DNA of 64,000 nucleotides from Octopus vulgaris. Taxonomy: Eukaryota. The translations under genes and the position numbers were made by a program. Shown one piece after another: positions 25,123 to 37,814 of this stretch (its first letter is position 1; the number at the start of each line of letters is the position of its first letter). The notes under the pieces were generated by a model. That model had not been told where the DNA came from. It did no database searches and was given only the letters and a program-made list of their open reading frames with translations. The stretch covers positions 12,834,001 to 12,898,000 of the forward strand of contig OX597838.1 of assembly GCA_951406725.2 (NCBI GenBank), in the 5' to 3' direction.

Positions 25123-26624
25123 GTAAGCAAATCTGCATTTTTTTTTCTTTTCTCTCCTTCCAATGTAATATACATTCATTTGATAAGATTTCTAAACATC
25201 TCTCTCTCTGTCTCTCTTCGGCGAAAGGTCCTGCCCAAAACAACATCGTCTTCGGACCTTTTCCCTACCCCTTACAGCACACCAATTTAATTCTGCATTG
25301 TCTCTGTTTATAATCTGCATTTCTTTATCTATTTCTGTCTCTGTCTTTTAAATAAATCCTTACTTCTTTTTCTTCTCCTCCCCGATCTTTTTATTACCAT
25401 TCTACTTACATCAAAGGATGCTTTCTTTATAAAAAAAACAACATTAAACCGAACTCTGTACTCGACTGCTACCTCTCTCTTCCAACACCAACACCGACTA
25501 GATAAAAAAGCAAATTTTATTTCGAGCGGGATTTGAACTCAGAACCTAAAACGTAAAATGCCTATAAACGGCCAACGGTAATAAATGCCTCAAAAGAATT
25601 TGTCCGACGCTCTAACGGTTTTGTTAACCCACATGTCTGCAGTTTGCTAACTAACTATTGTTACAAGACATTTTATTTATTTATTTATAAATTTCTTCCA
25701 TTGAGATTTCTAAAACATGATAATATATAATTCGTACCACACAGTTATTATTTAATCCAAGGACGGCCTTCAATGAGGAAACCAAAAGAATTCCAGTCTG
25801 TGATTATCCCCATCTCTTTTTTTTCCTTTTTTGTATCGCCGAGGTAGACTAAATTATCCAAGGTTACCCTTCCTTTTTTTTAGAGATAGGTAGAGTATGC
25901 TTTGAAAGGAATTTGGTGGCGGAGTTTTCGGGTCAGGACGCTCACGTAAGTAGTTGTAACATACGCTAGAAACAACAGCTAAATCTCCCTAAGTCACACC
26001 TTTTCTTCTGAAAATATTTTCTAAAATTTGCCTTTTTTTTTTTTTTACACCGATAAATTAAGTACCAGTTGAACACTGGGGTTGATGTAATCGACCCCCC
26101 CCCCCCAAATGGCCACCCTTGTCGCAACATTTGAAACCGTTGTTATTATTGTTGTTTTCTAGGCAGCAAGCTGACCACAGCGATAGCATGCTGGACAAAA
26201 TGCTTAGTGCATTTCATCCTCTTTACTTTCTGAGCTCAAATTCTGCCAAGGTTGATTTTGCCTTTCATCCTTTTGGGGTCGATAAAATAAAGTACCAGTT
26301 GAGTACTGGGGTCAATGTAATTAACTAGCCCCGCCCCCTAAAACTTCAGGCCTTGTATTTATAATAGAAAGGATTATTATTATTATTCGCCAGCCTCGTC
26401 TGGCACCTGTGTCGGTGGCACGTAAAAAGCACCCACTACACTCACAGAGTGGTTGGCGTTAGGAAGGGCATCCAGCTATAGAAACACTGCCAGATCAGAC
26501 TGGCCTGGTGCAGCCTTCGGGCTTCCCAGACCCCAGTTGAACCGTCCAACCCATGCCAGCATGGAGAACGGACGTTAAACGATGATGATGATGATTATTA
26601 TTTTTATTATTGATTGATTCACAG

Positions 26625-26816
26625 AAATGTTTCGAGCGTCTGAGGTTGAGCCGAGCTAAGCTACTTGATCGATTCCGTCAGATGAAAGATGAGCCAGAGG
26701 GCGAGACAGATGTGGAACTTATCAAGGACATTATGAACAAGGAATGGTTGAGCCTCTGGGATGACGAAGCTGAACTGGAACGAGAGGCTAACATTCCTCT
26801 TGATATTTCATTCATT
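26625..26816 (+). CDS. RPAIN: RPAIN exon 2
   Basis: acag|KCFERLRLSRAKLLDRFRQ...DISFI|gtaagt, phase 0/0. Confidence 0.9.
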
Positions 26817-27719
26817 GTAAGTAAGATCTGATAACTTTATTCCATCGAATCCACCTTCCAGTCAGGAAGTGGCAGTCATTTAATTAAATGAAAGTATATG
26901 CTAGCTGAAGGTCATTTCAGTAAATCAGTGTCTACAGTGAGTCAGGGTGGGATCACTTGGATCAGTGTTCAATCCTAGCATGTGGCAATCTTTTGATCTT
27001 TTGTTCTAAGGTCCAAGAGTTATAAGCTCCTTACAAACCACTTTTGTTACTTATTATCTGCATTGAGAGATCACAGTTCTGGTATTATGGATATGTGATT
27101 AGAATTGCAAGATGGATTCTTCAAGCTGAGTCAACCAAGAGAAGACCTAGGGGTCGACCAAGAATGAGTTTGGATAATATCCATAGCCTCAGTTAGACAC
27201 ACTCAGAAATCCAGCTGGAGAATGTAATGACCTTTGCTTCTGATAGACTCTATAGTGGAGGGGTCCAAGGACTCTACTCCCATGGTCCTCCCAAGAATAG
27301 TGGACAGAGAAAACAAATGGATGGATGTGTTTTTTTACGTCACTCAGAAATCAAAATATCCTGCTTGGCAGTGTGATATGTGAAAATCAGTGGAATTAAC
27401 ATCTCTGAAACGCTATCGGTTACCATACAGATTGATTGGTCGAGGACAGTCATATAGTGAGGGAAGGGAACCTTTGGCCATTTGTCCACTACGGTCATGT
27501 GATATCTGTTTAACCCTTTTGTTGTGACCATGAATTAGATTAAACAAGTAATAAACACTCTCTATGCACACACACATACACATACATACTTAAAGACATT
27601 GGCAATGAATTCTTTCTGGAACAAAGACAGTAAACTTATAACATCAGTTTTTTATACAGAGGAATGCGATAGAAGTGGAATTTTTTCCTTTTGTGTTCCT
27701 AAATTTGTCTGTTTTTCAG

Positions 27720-27789
27720 CCTGAAGACGAAAATGTTGAAAGAATTCTTGAAATATTTGAAGAAATTGAGGCAGAATTGAAAGAAGAAG
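27720..27789 (+). CDS. RPAIN: RPAIN exon 3
   Basis: tttttcag|PEDENVERILEIFEEIEAELKEE|gt, phase 0/1, acidic region. Confidence 0.85.
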
Positions 27790-28571
27790 GTTGTTAATTC
27801 TTCCTATTACTAGTGTATCTTTGAAAATGATTTCTAACGTGGACAAATGTTCTGGGGCTCACAGTTTGATTACATCAACTTCAATAGTTGATTGGTAATT
27901 TAAAAACAGCAACACTAAATCTTTCTACTATAGGCACAGGGCCTGAAATTTGGGGGAGGGTAGGCTAGTTGATTAACTGGTACTAATTTTATTGACCCCA
28001 AATGGAAGAAAGGCTAAGTCTGCCTTGGCAACATTTGAACTCGGAATGTAAAGAGGCAGAAGAAATGACTTAACTCCTTAGCATTTAAACCAACCATGTC
28101 CAGCCCAAATATTCTACCTGTTTTTTGTCCAAACTGGTCGGATTCATCATTATCTTGAAGCTATGAGATAATGCAAGATGGACTCAAAAGAATTTGAATA
28201 AATATGTATTACATTTGACAGAATAATCTGAATGCTAAATAAAGGGTTAAGCATTTTGTTTGAAACAGTAAACATTTCTACCAGCTTGATGCATTTAATG
28301 GTTTGAAGTTTTGACACCAGGTCAGCAATTTTCAGAGGTGTAGGACAGTCAGTTATAGTATTTGACTGCTGCTTTATTTTATTGACCTCGAAAGGATGGA
28401 TGGTAAAAGTTCAGCTCAGTAGGATTTTGACTCAGAATGTAGGGTTCGAAGAAATGCCACTAAACATTTTGTCTGACATGCTAACAATTCTTCTAGCTCA
28501 CTGTTTTAATAATAGAAATAATGAGAGTAATGATGATAATAACTCTAATTTTTGGTCCAAGGCCTGCATTT

Positions 28572-28800
28572 TTAACCCTTTCGTTACTGTATTTATTTTG
28601 AGATGCTCTGTGTTTCTTTCAGTTACTTTAAATATAACAAAGAATTTAGTAAAATAACTTAGTTATCATTCAGCTAGTGTTAGGAACATAAATTGTGACT
28701 AAGGTTTGGAGGGAAGATTTTAATTAAAAACTTATGAAAACAAGACATTTGTACTCAGAGCCAGAGCCGGTTTCAGCCGGGTTGGTATTGAAAGGGTTAA
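28572..28800. mobile_element. piggyBac-type MITE
   Basis: TTAA-ccctttcgttac...gaaaggg-TTAA; same body as 14378-14605. Confidence 0.85.
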
Positions 28801-28966
28801 TGAGAGAGAAGGATTAAGTAGATTACATTGACCCTACTACTTGACTTATTTTATCAACCCCGAAAGAATGAAAGGCAAAGTTTACCTTGGTAAGACTCAG
28901 AATGTGAAGAGCAGGGAGAAATGCTGCTCTTCTTAATGTGCTGATGATTCTGCCAGCTCACTGCCT

Positions 28967-29300
28967 TCATCATCATCATCATTTAGCATCCGCTTTCCAT
29001 GCTAGCATGGGTTGGATGGTTCAACTGGGGTCTGGGAAGCCAGAAGGCTGCACCAGGCCCAGTCTGATCTGGCAATGTTTCTATGGCTGGATGCCCTTCC
29101 TAACACCAACCACTCCGTGAGTGTAGTGGGTGCTTTTTACGTGCCACCGGCACAGGTGCCAGACGGGGCTGGCAAACGGCCACGATCGGATGGTGCTTTT
29201 TACGTGCCACCGGCATGGGGTCCAGGCGAGGCTGGCAAACGGCCACGATTGGATGGTGCTTTTTACGTGCCACCGGCACGGGGGCCAGTCGAGGCTGGCA
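28967..29300 (-). mobile_element. RTE LINE 3' end copy
   Basis: (CAT)n tail plus three internal repeats. Confidence 0.75.
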
Positions 29301-29446
29301 CCTTACTAACAATAATTGAACATAGGCATAAAGCTACATTTTTGAGGGGTTAATTGATAAAATATACCCTCAGAGGACAATACACAAAGCTGACTTCAGC
29401 AGCATTTGAACTTAGAATAATAAAGAGCTGGAAGAAACGCCACTAA

Positions 29447-29823
29447 GCGGTAAGTAGCTTGCTAACCAACCACATGGTTCCGGGTTCAGTCCCACCGTGT
29501 GGCATCTTGGGCAAGTGTCTTCTGCTATAGCCCCGGGCCGACTAAAGCCTTGTGAGTGGATTTGGTAGACGGAAACTGAAAGGAAGCCTGTCGTATATAT
29601 GTATATATATGTATGTATGTGTGTGTCTGTGTTTGTCCCCCTAGCATTGCTTGACAACCGATGCTGGTGTGTTTACGTCCCTGTTACTTAGCGGTTCGGC
29701 AAAAGAGACCGATAGAATAAGTACTGGGCTTACAAAAAGAACAAGTCCCAGGGTTGAGTTGCTCGATTAAAGGCGGTGTTCCATCATGGCCACAGTCAAA
29801 TGACTGAAACAAGTAAAGAGAGT
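29447..29823 (+). mobile_element. SINE family A copy
   Basis: Family consensus. Confidence 0.8.
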
Positions 29824-30060
29824 ATACATACAACTGTTCCTGTCTATCAATTTCACTCATTGGTCAACTAGGGGCTATAGTAGAAAACACTTTATCGAAA
29901 GTGCCATGCAATGGGACTGAACCCCAAACCATATGGTTGTAAAGCAAGCTTCTTAACCACACATCCATGCCTGTAAATTATATATTTCTTTCAAATTTAT
30001 TCTGAAATGTTCCATTTTATTTATTATCTTATATTTCATTTTCTTTTATTTTTCTCCTAG

Positions 30061-30181
30061 AACAAAAACTCCTTAGAGAACATGACTTATATGAAGAAAG
30101 TTATCTGAATGAAGAGAAAGAATTGTGCTCAGCATTAGAGTCGCTCACGGCTGATGAAGTTGTTTGCCCTATTTGTAAAAA
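30061..30181 (+). CDS. RPAIN: RPAIN exon 4
   Basis: ctcctag|(E)QKLLREHDLYEESYLNEEKELCSALESLTADEVVCPICK|gtaagt, phase 1/2; CPIC zinc ligands. Confidence 0.9.
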
Positions 30182-30239
30182 GTAAGTTTTGAAATTTGGG
30201 GGTTTTTTTTGGAGATTGGTTTTATCTTCAGTCATTATA

Positions 30240-30632
30240 TTTTTTATTGCCCACAGGGGGCTAAACATAGAGGGGACATACAAGGGGATTAAGTCGATTA
30301 CATTGACCCCAGTGCGTAATTTATCGACCCCGAAAGGATGAAAGGCAAAGTTGACCTCGGCAGAATTCGAACTCAGAATGTAACGGTAGATGAAATACCT
30401 ATTTCTTTATTACCCACAAGGGGCTAAACACAGAGGGGACAAACAAGGACAGACATAGGTATTAAGTCGATTACATAGACCCCAGTGCGTAACTGGTACT
30501 TATTTAATCGACCCCGAAAGGATGAAAGGCAAAGTTGACCTCGGCAGAATTTGAACTCAGAACGTAACGGCAGCCGAAATACTGCTAGGCATTTTGCCTG
30601 GCATGCTAACGTTTCTGCCAGCTTACTGCCTA
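30240..30632 (-). mobile_element. SINE family D, head plus two body units (dimer)
   Basis: Reverse complement of the 59159 array start, with the same aaagaaatag|gtatttc junction at about 30398. Confidence 0.8.
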
Positions 30633-31029
30633 GACTGTAGCCATGCTGGGGCACCACCTTGAGGAATTTTTAGTCAAATGAATCAACCCTAGTATTTGTT
30701 TTGTTGTTAAGCCTGGTATTTAACCATTAATTCTGTCAGTCTCTTTTGCCAAACCACTAGGTTATGGGGATATAAACACAACACTGGTTGTCAAGTGATA
30801 ATGGGAGATAAACACACACACACACACACATATGATGGACTTCTTTCAGTTTCTGGCTACCAAATCCATTCACAAGGCTTTGGTCAGTCTAAGGCTATAG
30901 TGGAAGACACTTGCCCAAGGTGCCACACAGTGGGACTTAACTAAGAACCATGTGGTTAGGAAGTAAGGTTATCATACAGACATGCCTTTTGAAATAAAGA
31001 AATGTTTTATGGAATTTATTTACGATTTT

Positions 31030-31580
31030 GTACAACAGTCCATATCTTGCAACATGGCTACATGTGATTGTTCATTAAACGTTGTAAGGTTGCATGTGAT
31101 GTCCAATTATCCATTATGTATCATATGGTCGAATGTGATACACCACAGTTTGTTGCCTTTACATGGCTGCATGTGATGTACCTTTGTCCATTACATGGTG
31201 CATGGCTACATGTCCATTACATATTACATATCTGCATGTGATATAACAGTCCATTACATATTTTATGGCTGTATGTGGTAAACATCAGCCCATCCTATGT
31301 TGCATGGTTACATGTGATGTACAACAGTTCATTGCATGTTTCTGATGTACCACTGCCTGTTACATGGTACATAGTTAAATGTGATGTAGCACTCTACATT
31401 ATATGTAACCTAGCTACATGTGACATACCACTTCCCATTACATGACACAGCTACTTGTGATGTACCACTATCCATTACATGTTTTGCAGTTACATGTAAT
31501 GTAACTCTATTATATGTACATAGCTACATGTGGTCTGGCACTGTCCATTATATGTTTCATTGCTCCATGTATGTCTTGTG
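31030..31580. repeat. Degenerate minisatellite, roughly 35-40-bp period
   Basis: Recurrent catggctacatgtgatgtacc...gtccattacat units. Confidence 0.7.
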
Positions 31581-31811
31581 AACTTGCCATTAAGTATGTT
31601 TACTATTTCCTGTTTCCCCTTTGATATTCTTCTATGTGTTCCAGTCATATTCATGTTGAGAAACTGTTTCAACAGGTGTGAATTAGTCACATCCACACCT
31701 GTGTTTCTGTTTATCGATTGTGTGGAATGTCAAAGTTAATATATGTATCAAGGGACATAACCTGTGAGAATACCACAAAGTATTCATACCTCACCTATAT
31801 ATATATATATA

Positions 31812-32178
31812 CTCTTACTTGTTTCAGTCATTTGACTGTGGCCATGCTGGAGCACCGCCTTTAGTCGAGCAAATCCACCCCGGGACTTATTCTTTGTAAG
31901 CCCAGTACTTATTCTATCGGTCCCTTTTGCCGAACCGCTAAGTGATGGGGACGTAAACACACCAGCATCGGTTGTCAAGCAATGCTAGGGGGACAAACAC
32001 AGACACACAAACATATATACACACATACATACATATATATACATATATACGACGGGCTTCTTTCAGTTTCCATGGTCGGCCCGAGGCTATAGTAGAAGAC
32101 ACTTGCCCAAGGTGCCACGCAGTGGGACTGAACCCGGAACCATGTGGTTGGTAAACAAGCTACTTACCACACAGCCAC
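31812..32178 (-). mobile_element. SINE family A copy
   Basis: Family consensus with an internal deletion. Confidence 0.8.
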
Positions 32179-32704
32179 ATATATACTATACATACATACA
32201 TACATACATACACATACACATATAATTATTATCATCATCATTTTGATGTCCACTTTTCCAGGCTTGCATGGGTCAGATGGAGACTGTTTCAAGAGAGACA
32301 GGTATTAAACTTTAAGGAAGTACAAAACGCTAATTTCCTTCAAAGTAGGATCCTCTGACTTCGATGCAATTGTTGTAAGCATTCCACTCACTTTGTGGAG
32401 GCCCCATGGAAGTCCTCTAAACTGAAGATGTTCAGGACCCTTGTCACAGCCTCCTTCATCTTTTTCATGTGTGTGTGTGTGTGTGTGTGTGCATACCCTT
32501 GTCGTGATATTTCATGATGGTTGTAAAGAGGATCACTATCATAAAAGCAATGTTCTGTACCAGTCTTCCCTGAAAAACGACTGGCCATTGGAAGAATATT
32601 ACCTTGCTTGGAAATGGGTGAGGGTTGGCAGCAGGGTGGGCATCTGGCAATAGGAAATCTACCCTAACAAATTCCATCCAGAAAAGTGGACATTAAAATG
32701 ATGA

Positions 32705-32747
<43 letters not shown>

Positions 32748-32749
32748 TC

Positions 32750-32960
32750 GCCATGTTGATTCGTTAGTTACTGCACGCATTTTTTTCTCTCCTTCTTTCT
32801 GTGTTTTTTTTCTCTCTGTGTATCTTTCTGTTGAAGAGCGTAGGCTCGAAACGTTAAAGACTTGTTTTATTTATATTTCCTGAGCGCCATACTAATACAA
32901 TTGTTTGTTTGTTTTCCACCTGCCTTCCTCTTTTGTCTATTTTCATAAAGCTTCCCATTA
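32750..32960 (+). mobile_element. Short Penelope-like repeat with a minimal hammerhead-like motif (32823-32860)
   Basis: tcttt CTGTTGA a gagc gtag gctc GAAAC GTT aaaga; homologous to 5225-5405. Confidence 0.55.
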
Positions 32961-33225
32961 TATATATATATATATACAACAGACTTCTTTCAGTTTCCGT
33001 CTATCATTTCCTCACAAGGCATTGGTTAATCCAGAGCTTTAGTAGAAGACACTTTCCCAAGATTCTACATAGTGGGATTGAACTTGAAACCCCATTGTTG
33101 TGAAATGAACTTCTTAACCACACAACCATGCCTGTTCCTACGTGATGACTTTGTTATGAACACAATTTTTAATGATGTTTTTTTATAGAAATATTTCATT
33201 GTTTTCTGTTGTTTTGTGTCTGCAG

Positions 33226-33289
33226 AAATCCTTTGATCGAGAATAAGGGAGTTATTTTCTGTAAATGTGGTCTGCGGATTAACACAGAG
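33226..33289 (+). CDS. RPAIN: RPAIN exon 5
   Basis: tgcag|(K)NPLIENKGVIFCKCGLRINTE|gtaaga, phase 2/0. Confidence 0.9.
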
Positions 33290-33530
33290 GTAAGATTTCT
33301 GATTAAGTTTTGCACTATTTGTGTGACTTAGCATGCATCTATCTGTATGTATGCATATATGTATGTAATATTTCATCACACACAACATGGACAAAATTTC
33401 TTCTTAAGAAAAAAATATATATTCAAATAAGTAAAACATAATATCATGAATAGCAATAGCGAAACCAGTCGATATATTAAAAATTATATTAAAACTATGT
33501 AAGTGTGCGTATTTTCCTTTTTTAATTTCT

Positions 33531-33568
<38 letters not shown>

Positions 33569-33624
33569 GTGGTACAACAATGCACCAATATTTACTGGAA
33601 AAATCAGTTGATAATATACAGCTT

Positions 33625-33660
<36 letters not shown>

Positions 33661-34589
33661 GCAAAATGTTATCTGTAGGAATAACATTAAATATATGTAC
33701 AATCCAGGTGTGGATAATCTAGACGTAGGTTTCGAACTTTCCAAATTACATTTGTTAACCTGTAGGTACAATCATGGGTGTATGGTTGAAAAGTTTAGTT
33801 CCCAAGTACATGGTTCCAGGTTCAATCCTATTGCAAAGTACTTCAGCTATAGCTCTGACCAAAGCTTTGTGAGCGAATTTTTGTAGACAGAAACTAAGAA
33901 GCTCATTGTTTATATATGTGTGTGTATGAGTTTGTATGTTTGCATCGCTTTGTCTTGACATCATACAAGTTGTGTAATTTATTTCCAACATTCTCGGAGA
34001 ATATGTCTGGCCATGGGAAAATATCTATCCTACTTGGAAAGAGGTGAGGATTGGTGACAGGAAAGTCATCTGGCCTTAGAAAATCTACCTCAATGAACTG
34101 CATCTGATCCATGCAAGCATTGGAAAATGGGTGTTAAAAGTGGCGGCAGTGGTGGTCTCCTCTTCCTCAAATACACAAATTACTAAAGGCTTGTACCTCT
34201 TGCCATATGCCCTCTACCAAATCAAGTGGGTGCCCCATAAAAGTACAGCTTTTTTTCTTTTTAATCTCAACTGGTCCTGCTTTATTCGTCGTTATTTCAA
34301 AAGAAATCAAAGAGGATAACATTTAAACAATACCCAAAGGAATTTCTCTTGAGGATATTCAGGTACATTTTGACCCATAACTCCAGCCCCCTATACAAAT
34401 TCGGCTTTGTGGTCCCAAAATATAACTTACAAGACTTCACTGGGTAGTGCTGTTAAGTTAGACATGGTCTAAGCCCTTACTGACTGAAACCTATTTATGT
34501 GTATGTGTACCTATGCGAGTATATCTGTGTGCATGTGTATATGACTATGTATGTTGAGGTGGGTATATACGTTGGTGTGTGCATGTGCG

Positions 34590-35260
34590 CATAACCCTGA
34601 GCACCTTTTCAAACTTCATCCGTCTAACACCCGTGGACATGTTTACAAAGTCAGAAAACAGCACAGCTCCCACGACTTTCGGAAACATTTTTTCACGCTA
34701 GAGTTGCTGAAGTATGGAACAAACTGCCAGCATCAGTTGTTAGTTGTCGGAGCACTGCATCCTTCAAAACTTCCATGCTTCCTGAGATTCGCCAACACTA
34801 CACCTGATTTTCTCCCCTTCATACACACACAAGCATGTATCTGACTCATACATTATTCGCTTTCCAGACATTTGTACATTACTGCATGTACTTTATACGC
34901 ACTGTCTGACAAGTTGTGGTGCACCTGAGCACTGTATACAATAATTTCATTATTATTATTATTTAAATAATTAAATTTTCTTTCGGAAACATTTTTTCAT
35001 GCTGAGAGTTGCTGAAGCATGGAACAAACTGCCAGCATCAGTTCTTAGTTGTCGGAGCACTGCATCCTTCAAAACTTCCATGCTTTCTGAGATTCGCCAA
35101 CACTACACTTGATTTTCTCCCCTCCATACACACACAAGCATGTATCTGACTCATACATTATTCGCTTTCCAGATACTTATACATTACTGCATATACTTTA
35201 TACGCACTGACTGACACCTGAGCACTGTATACAATAATTTCATTATTATTATTATCATTA
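34590..35260 (+). mobile_element. Two tandem 3'-end fragments of the CR1-type LINE
   Basis: NTRGHVYKVRKQHSSHDFRKHFF..RVAEAWNKLP C-terminus plus 3' UTR ending in (ATT)n; homologous to 37815-38350. Confidence 0.75.
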
Positions 35261-35313
35261 TATGTCAAGATGGCTTTTGTTCATAAAAGTGATACATTTA
35301 ACTATATTTGCAG

Positions 35314-35451
35314 CAAGATGGCTTCAAACTGGCTGATGTCAAAGCTCAGCTAGACAGCGGTATTGAAATTCATAACTTTACCTGTGATGCTGAACCAGAG
35401 TTTTCCATGATGTGTGTATTAGGGACCACGAATCTTTTTATGACATGCGAG
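35314..35451 (+). CDS. RPAIN: RPAIN exon 6
   Basis: ttgcag|QDGFKLADVKAQLDSGIEIHNFTCDAEPEFSMMCVLGTTNLFMTCE|gtaagc. Confidence 0.9.
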
Positions 35452-36648
35452 GTAAGCTTATTTCCATGATGTCTGTTGCTCATTGTTTTTCAATCGGAAG
35501 GTGTTACGTCTGGGTAAGGTACAGAGAGATATGACAGGGTGGTGCTGTAGTAGGATGGTGAGAGGGGGTGCTACGCTAAGAGAAGTAAAGTTGAGCTAGG
35601 AGGAAAGAGTGAACAGGTAGGAGGAGGAGGAGGTGATGCTTGGGAGAGGAGTGTAGCAGTTTATTGATGGGAAACCAAGTGGCATGTGTAAAAGATTCGA
35701 GCGAGGTCGTTGCCAGTACCGCCTGACTGGCCCCGTGACAGTGGCACGTAAAAAGCACCCACTACACTCTCGGAGTGGTTGGTGTTAGGAAGGGCATCCA
35801 GCTGTAGAAACTCTGCCAGGTCAAGATTGGAGCCTGGTGCAGCCATCTGGTTCGCCAGCCTTCAGTCAAATCGTCCAACCCATGCTAGCATGGAAATCAG
35901 ACGTTAAACGATGATGATGATGTGTATATATATATATATATGTGTGTATATGTATATGAGGGTGCATAGCCTAGTAGTTAGGGTGTTTCACCCATGATCA
36001 CTAGATAGTGATTTCAATTCCTAGACTGGTTGGTGCATTGTGTTCATGAGCAAAACAGTTCGTCTCATGTTGCTCTGCAATCACTTTGACACCTGACGAG
36101 TGGTACACTGTGGACCTGCTCAGACAATGTCAATTCAATGGAGAGCATGAGCTAATGTGTGTCATGACCATTTGATCGCTATTAACAAATCATTTGCGTA
36201 GGTCGTTTGGCAGCAGAAGCTGAACGCTCATACGTCGTCTTCAACAGGAGAGTCCATCATATATATGTAGCAAAATGACTCATATTAAGTTGATGTTTGG
36301 AGCACAAGTTAACAGAAATTTTGATGGCAGGTTTTACTTTAGATCACCCTAAAGCAGAAAGTTTGTATTATGGAACCATGACAGTCTCAAGTGGGTTGGT
36401 ATCAGAAGGATTCGATGTTAATTTTTTTTAATTTGTACCGTTTAGATATTCTTGATAGTTTTTTTTTAAATGTTCTTTTTTACGTCATTTTTTTTCATAA
36501 TTATTTTCTTACATATTTCAGGTTTTTTAAAAATAATTTTCTTTTATAAATCATTATTTCCCTTTATTTGCCTTCAAAAAATTTTTCCTTGCAATGTCCT
36601 AATTTCCATGTTACTAAACCGGTCTCGTGCGTCCGTTGTATTTTGCAG

Positions 36649-36678
36649 GCATGTGACTTTATGCACATTATTATTTAA
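36649..36678 (+). CDS. RPAIN: RPAIN exon 7 (terminal)
   Basis: ttttgcag|ACDFMHIII*, completing the CxxCD motif; joined CDS is 717 nt. Confidence 0.85.
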   Translation, partial: ACDFMHIII

Positions 36679-36880
36679 ATGTGTCCTTCACAGCAATTCA
36701 TTTGCCAGCCATCCTTTGAAAATGATGAAGCTTGTTGGTTTGTTTGTTTTTTTTTTTTTTTTGCTACATTGAAACCACATACACATCCATACATACACAC
36801 ACTCACACCTGTTCAGATACCATTCTAAAAACATTTGTAAATAGTCATGTATATTTCTTGAATCACAAAAGTAAGATTTT

Positions 36881-36886
36881 AATAAA
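36881..36886 (+). terminator. Candidate RPAIN polyadenylation signal
   Basis: AATAAA about 200 nt after the stop, a second copy near 36907, and T-rich sequence downstream. Confidence 0.5.
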
Positions 36887-37814
36887 TGCTTTATATTTTT
36901 TTTTTAAATAAAACTAGTTGATATTGTTTTGTTATCAATTCTTTAAACTTCCATTTATTTTATTGAATATATATTTCTCTCATACTGCATCCTTCTCTAC
37001 TTCCATATTTACCTAGCATAATGTTTCTTCTCCCCAGTCAAGGTTTGTAGTCTCACAAATTGCATGGCAATTTCACCAGTACTGGGGTACAAAAAAAGGT
37101 ACCCAGCATGGGGAGGGCATCCAGCTATAGAAATTAAACTGAACAGACTTAGGTGCATGATATAGTCCCTAGGTCCATTGGATCCCTGTCAAACGGTTTG
37201 ATCGATACCAGCATCAAACATGGAATTTTAATAATAACTCTGAGATAGATTTTCTACAACCAGGGCCCCCACCTGTCACCAACCTTCACTTGTTCATAAG
37301 CAAGGTGATACTTCCCCATGGAAGTCTGGACATAAAAGAGACTGCTTGCATGATGGTGTCATCATGTGATATCAAGAAGAGACAAACACAAGCATTTATG
37401 CATATATGCAATGAGCTTCTCTCTATTTTTGTCCACTAAAGCTTTGGCTGGCCCAGGGCTGTAGTAGAATGCAGAAGACACTTGCTCAAGGTACTATGTA
37501 ATGGTATTGAACCTAAATCCACGTGGTTAAGATTTAAAGGATCCATCTATCTATTATATATATATAAGTAAAAACACTAAAATGAATGATAAATATAATT
37601 GCTGATGGTAATGGAATTGTCGAACCATAGTGTCATTGATTACAGATTTCAGGTGGGCTAATCACTGGTTCGCTGCAGTTCAGAGGGTACAAATGACAAG
37701 GGAGTATTTGTGAACTGATTCAAAGCAAATATTGCAAAAGACTTTTCTTGAATTGCACACATTTTACAGTTTTGTCATCAACATACATGAGTGAGAAATA
37801 CACACACTCATACA

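Noticed and set aside
24829-25290. 153-aa ORF as a single-exon gene
   Set aside because: Only 25021-25122 is RPAIN-like; a GTAAGC donor follows and the rest is UTR or intron.
29128-29300. ~26-bp conserved repeat with variable 'spacers'
   Set aside because: The spacers are homologous to each other, so this is a tandem repeat in the RTE 3' UTR and not CRISPR.
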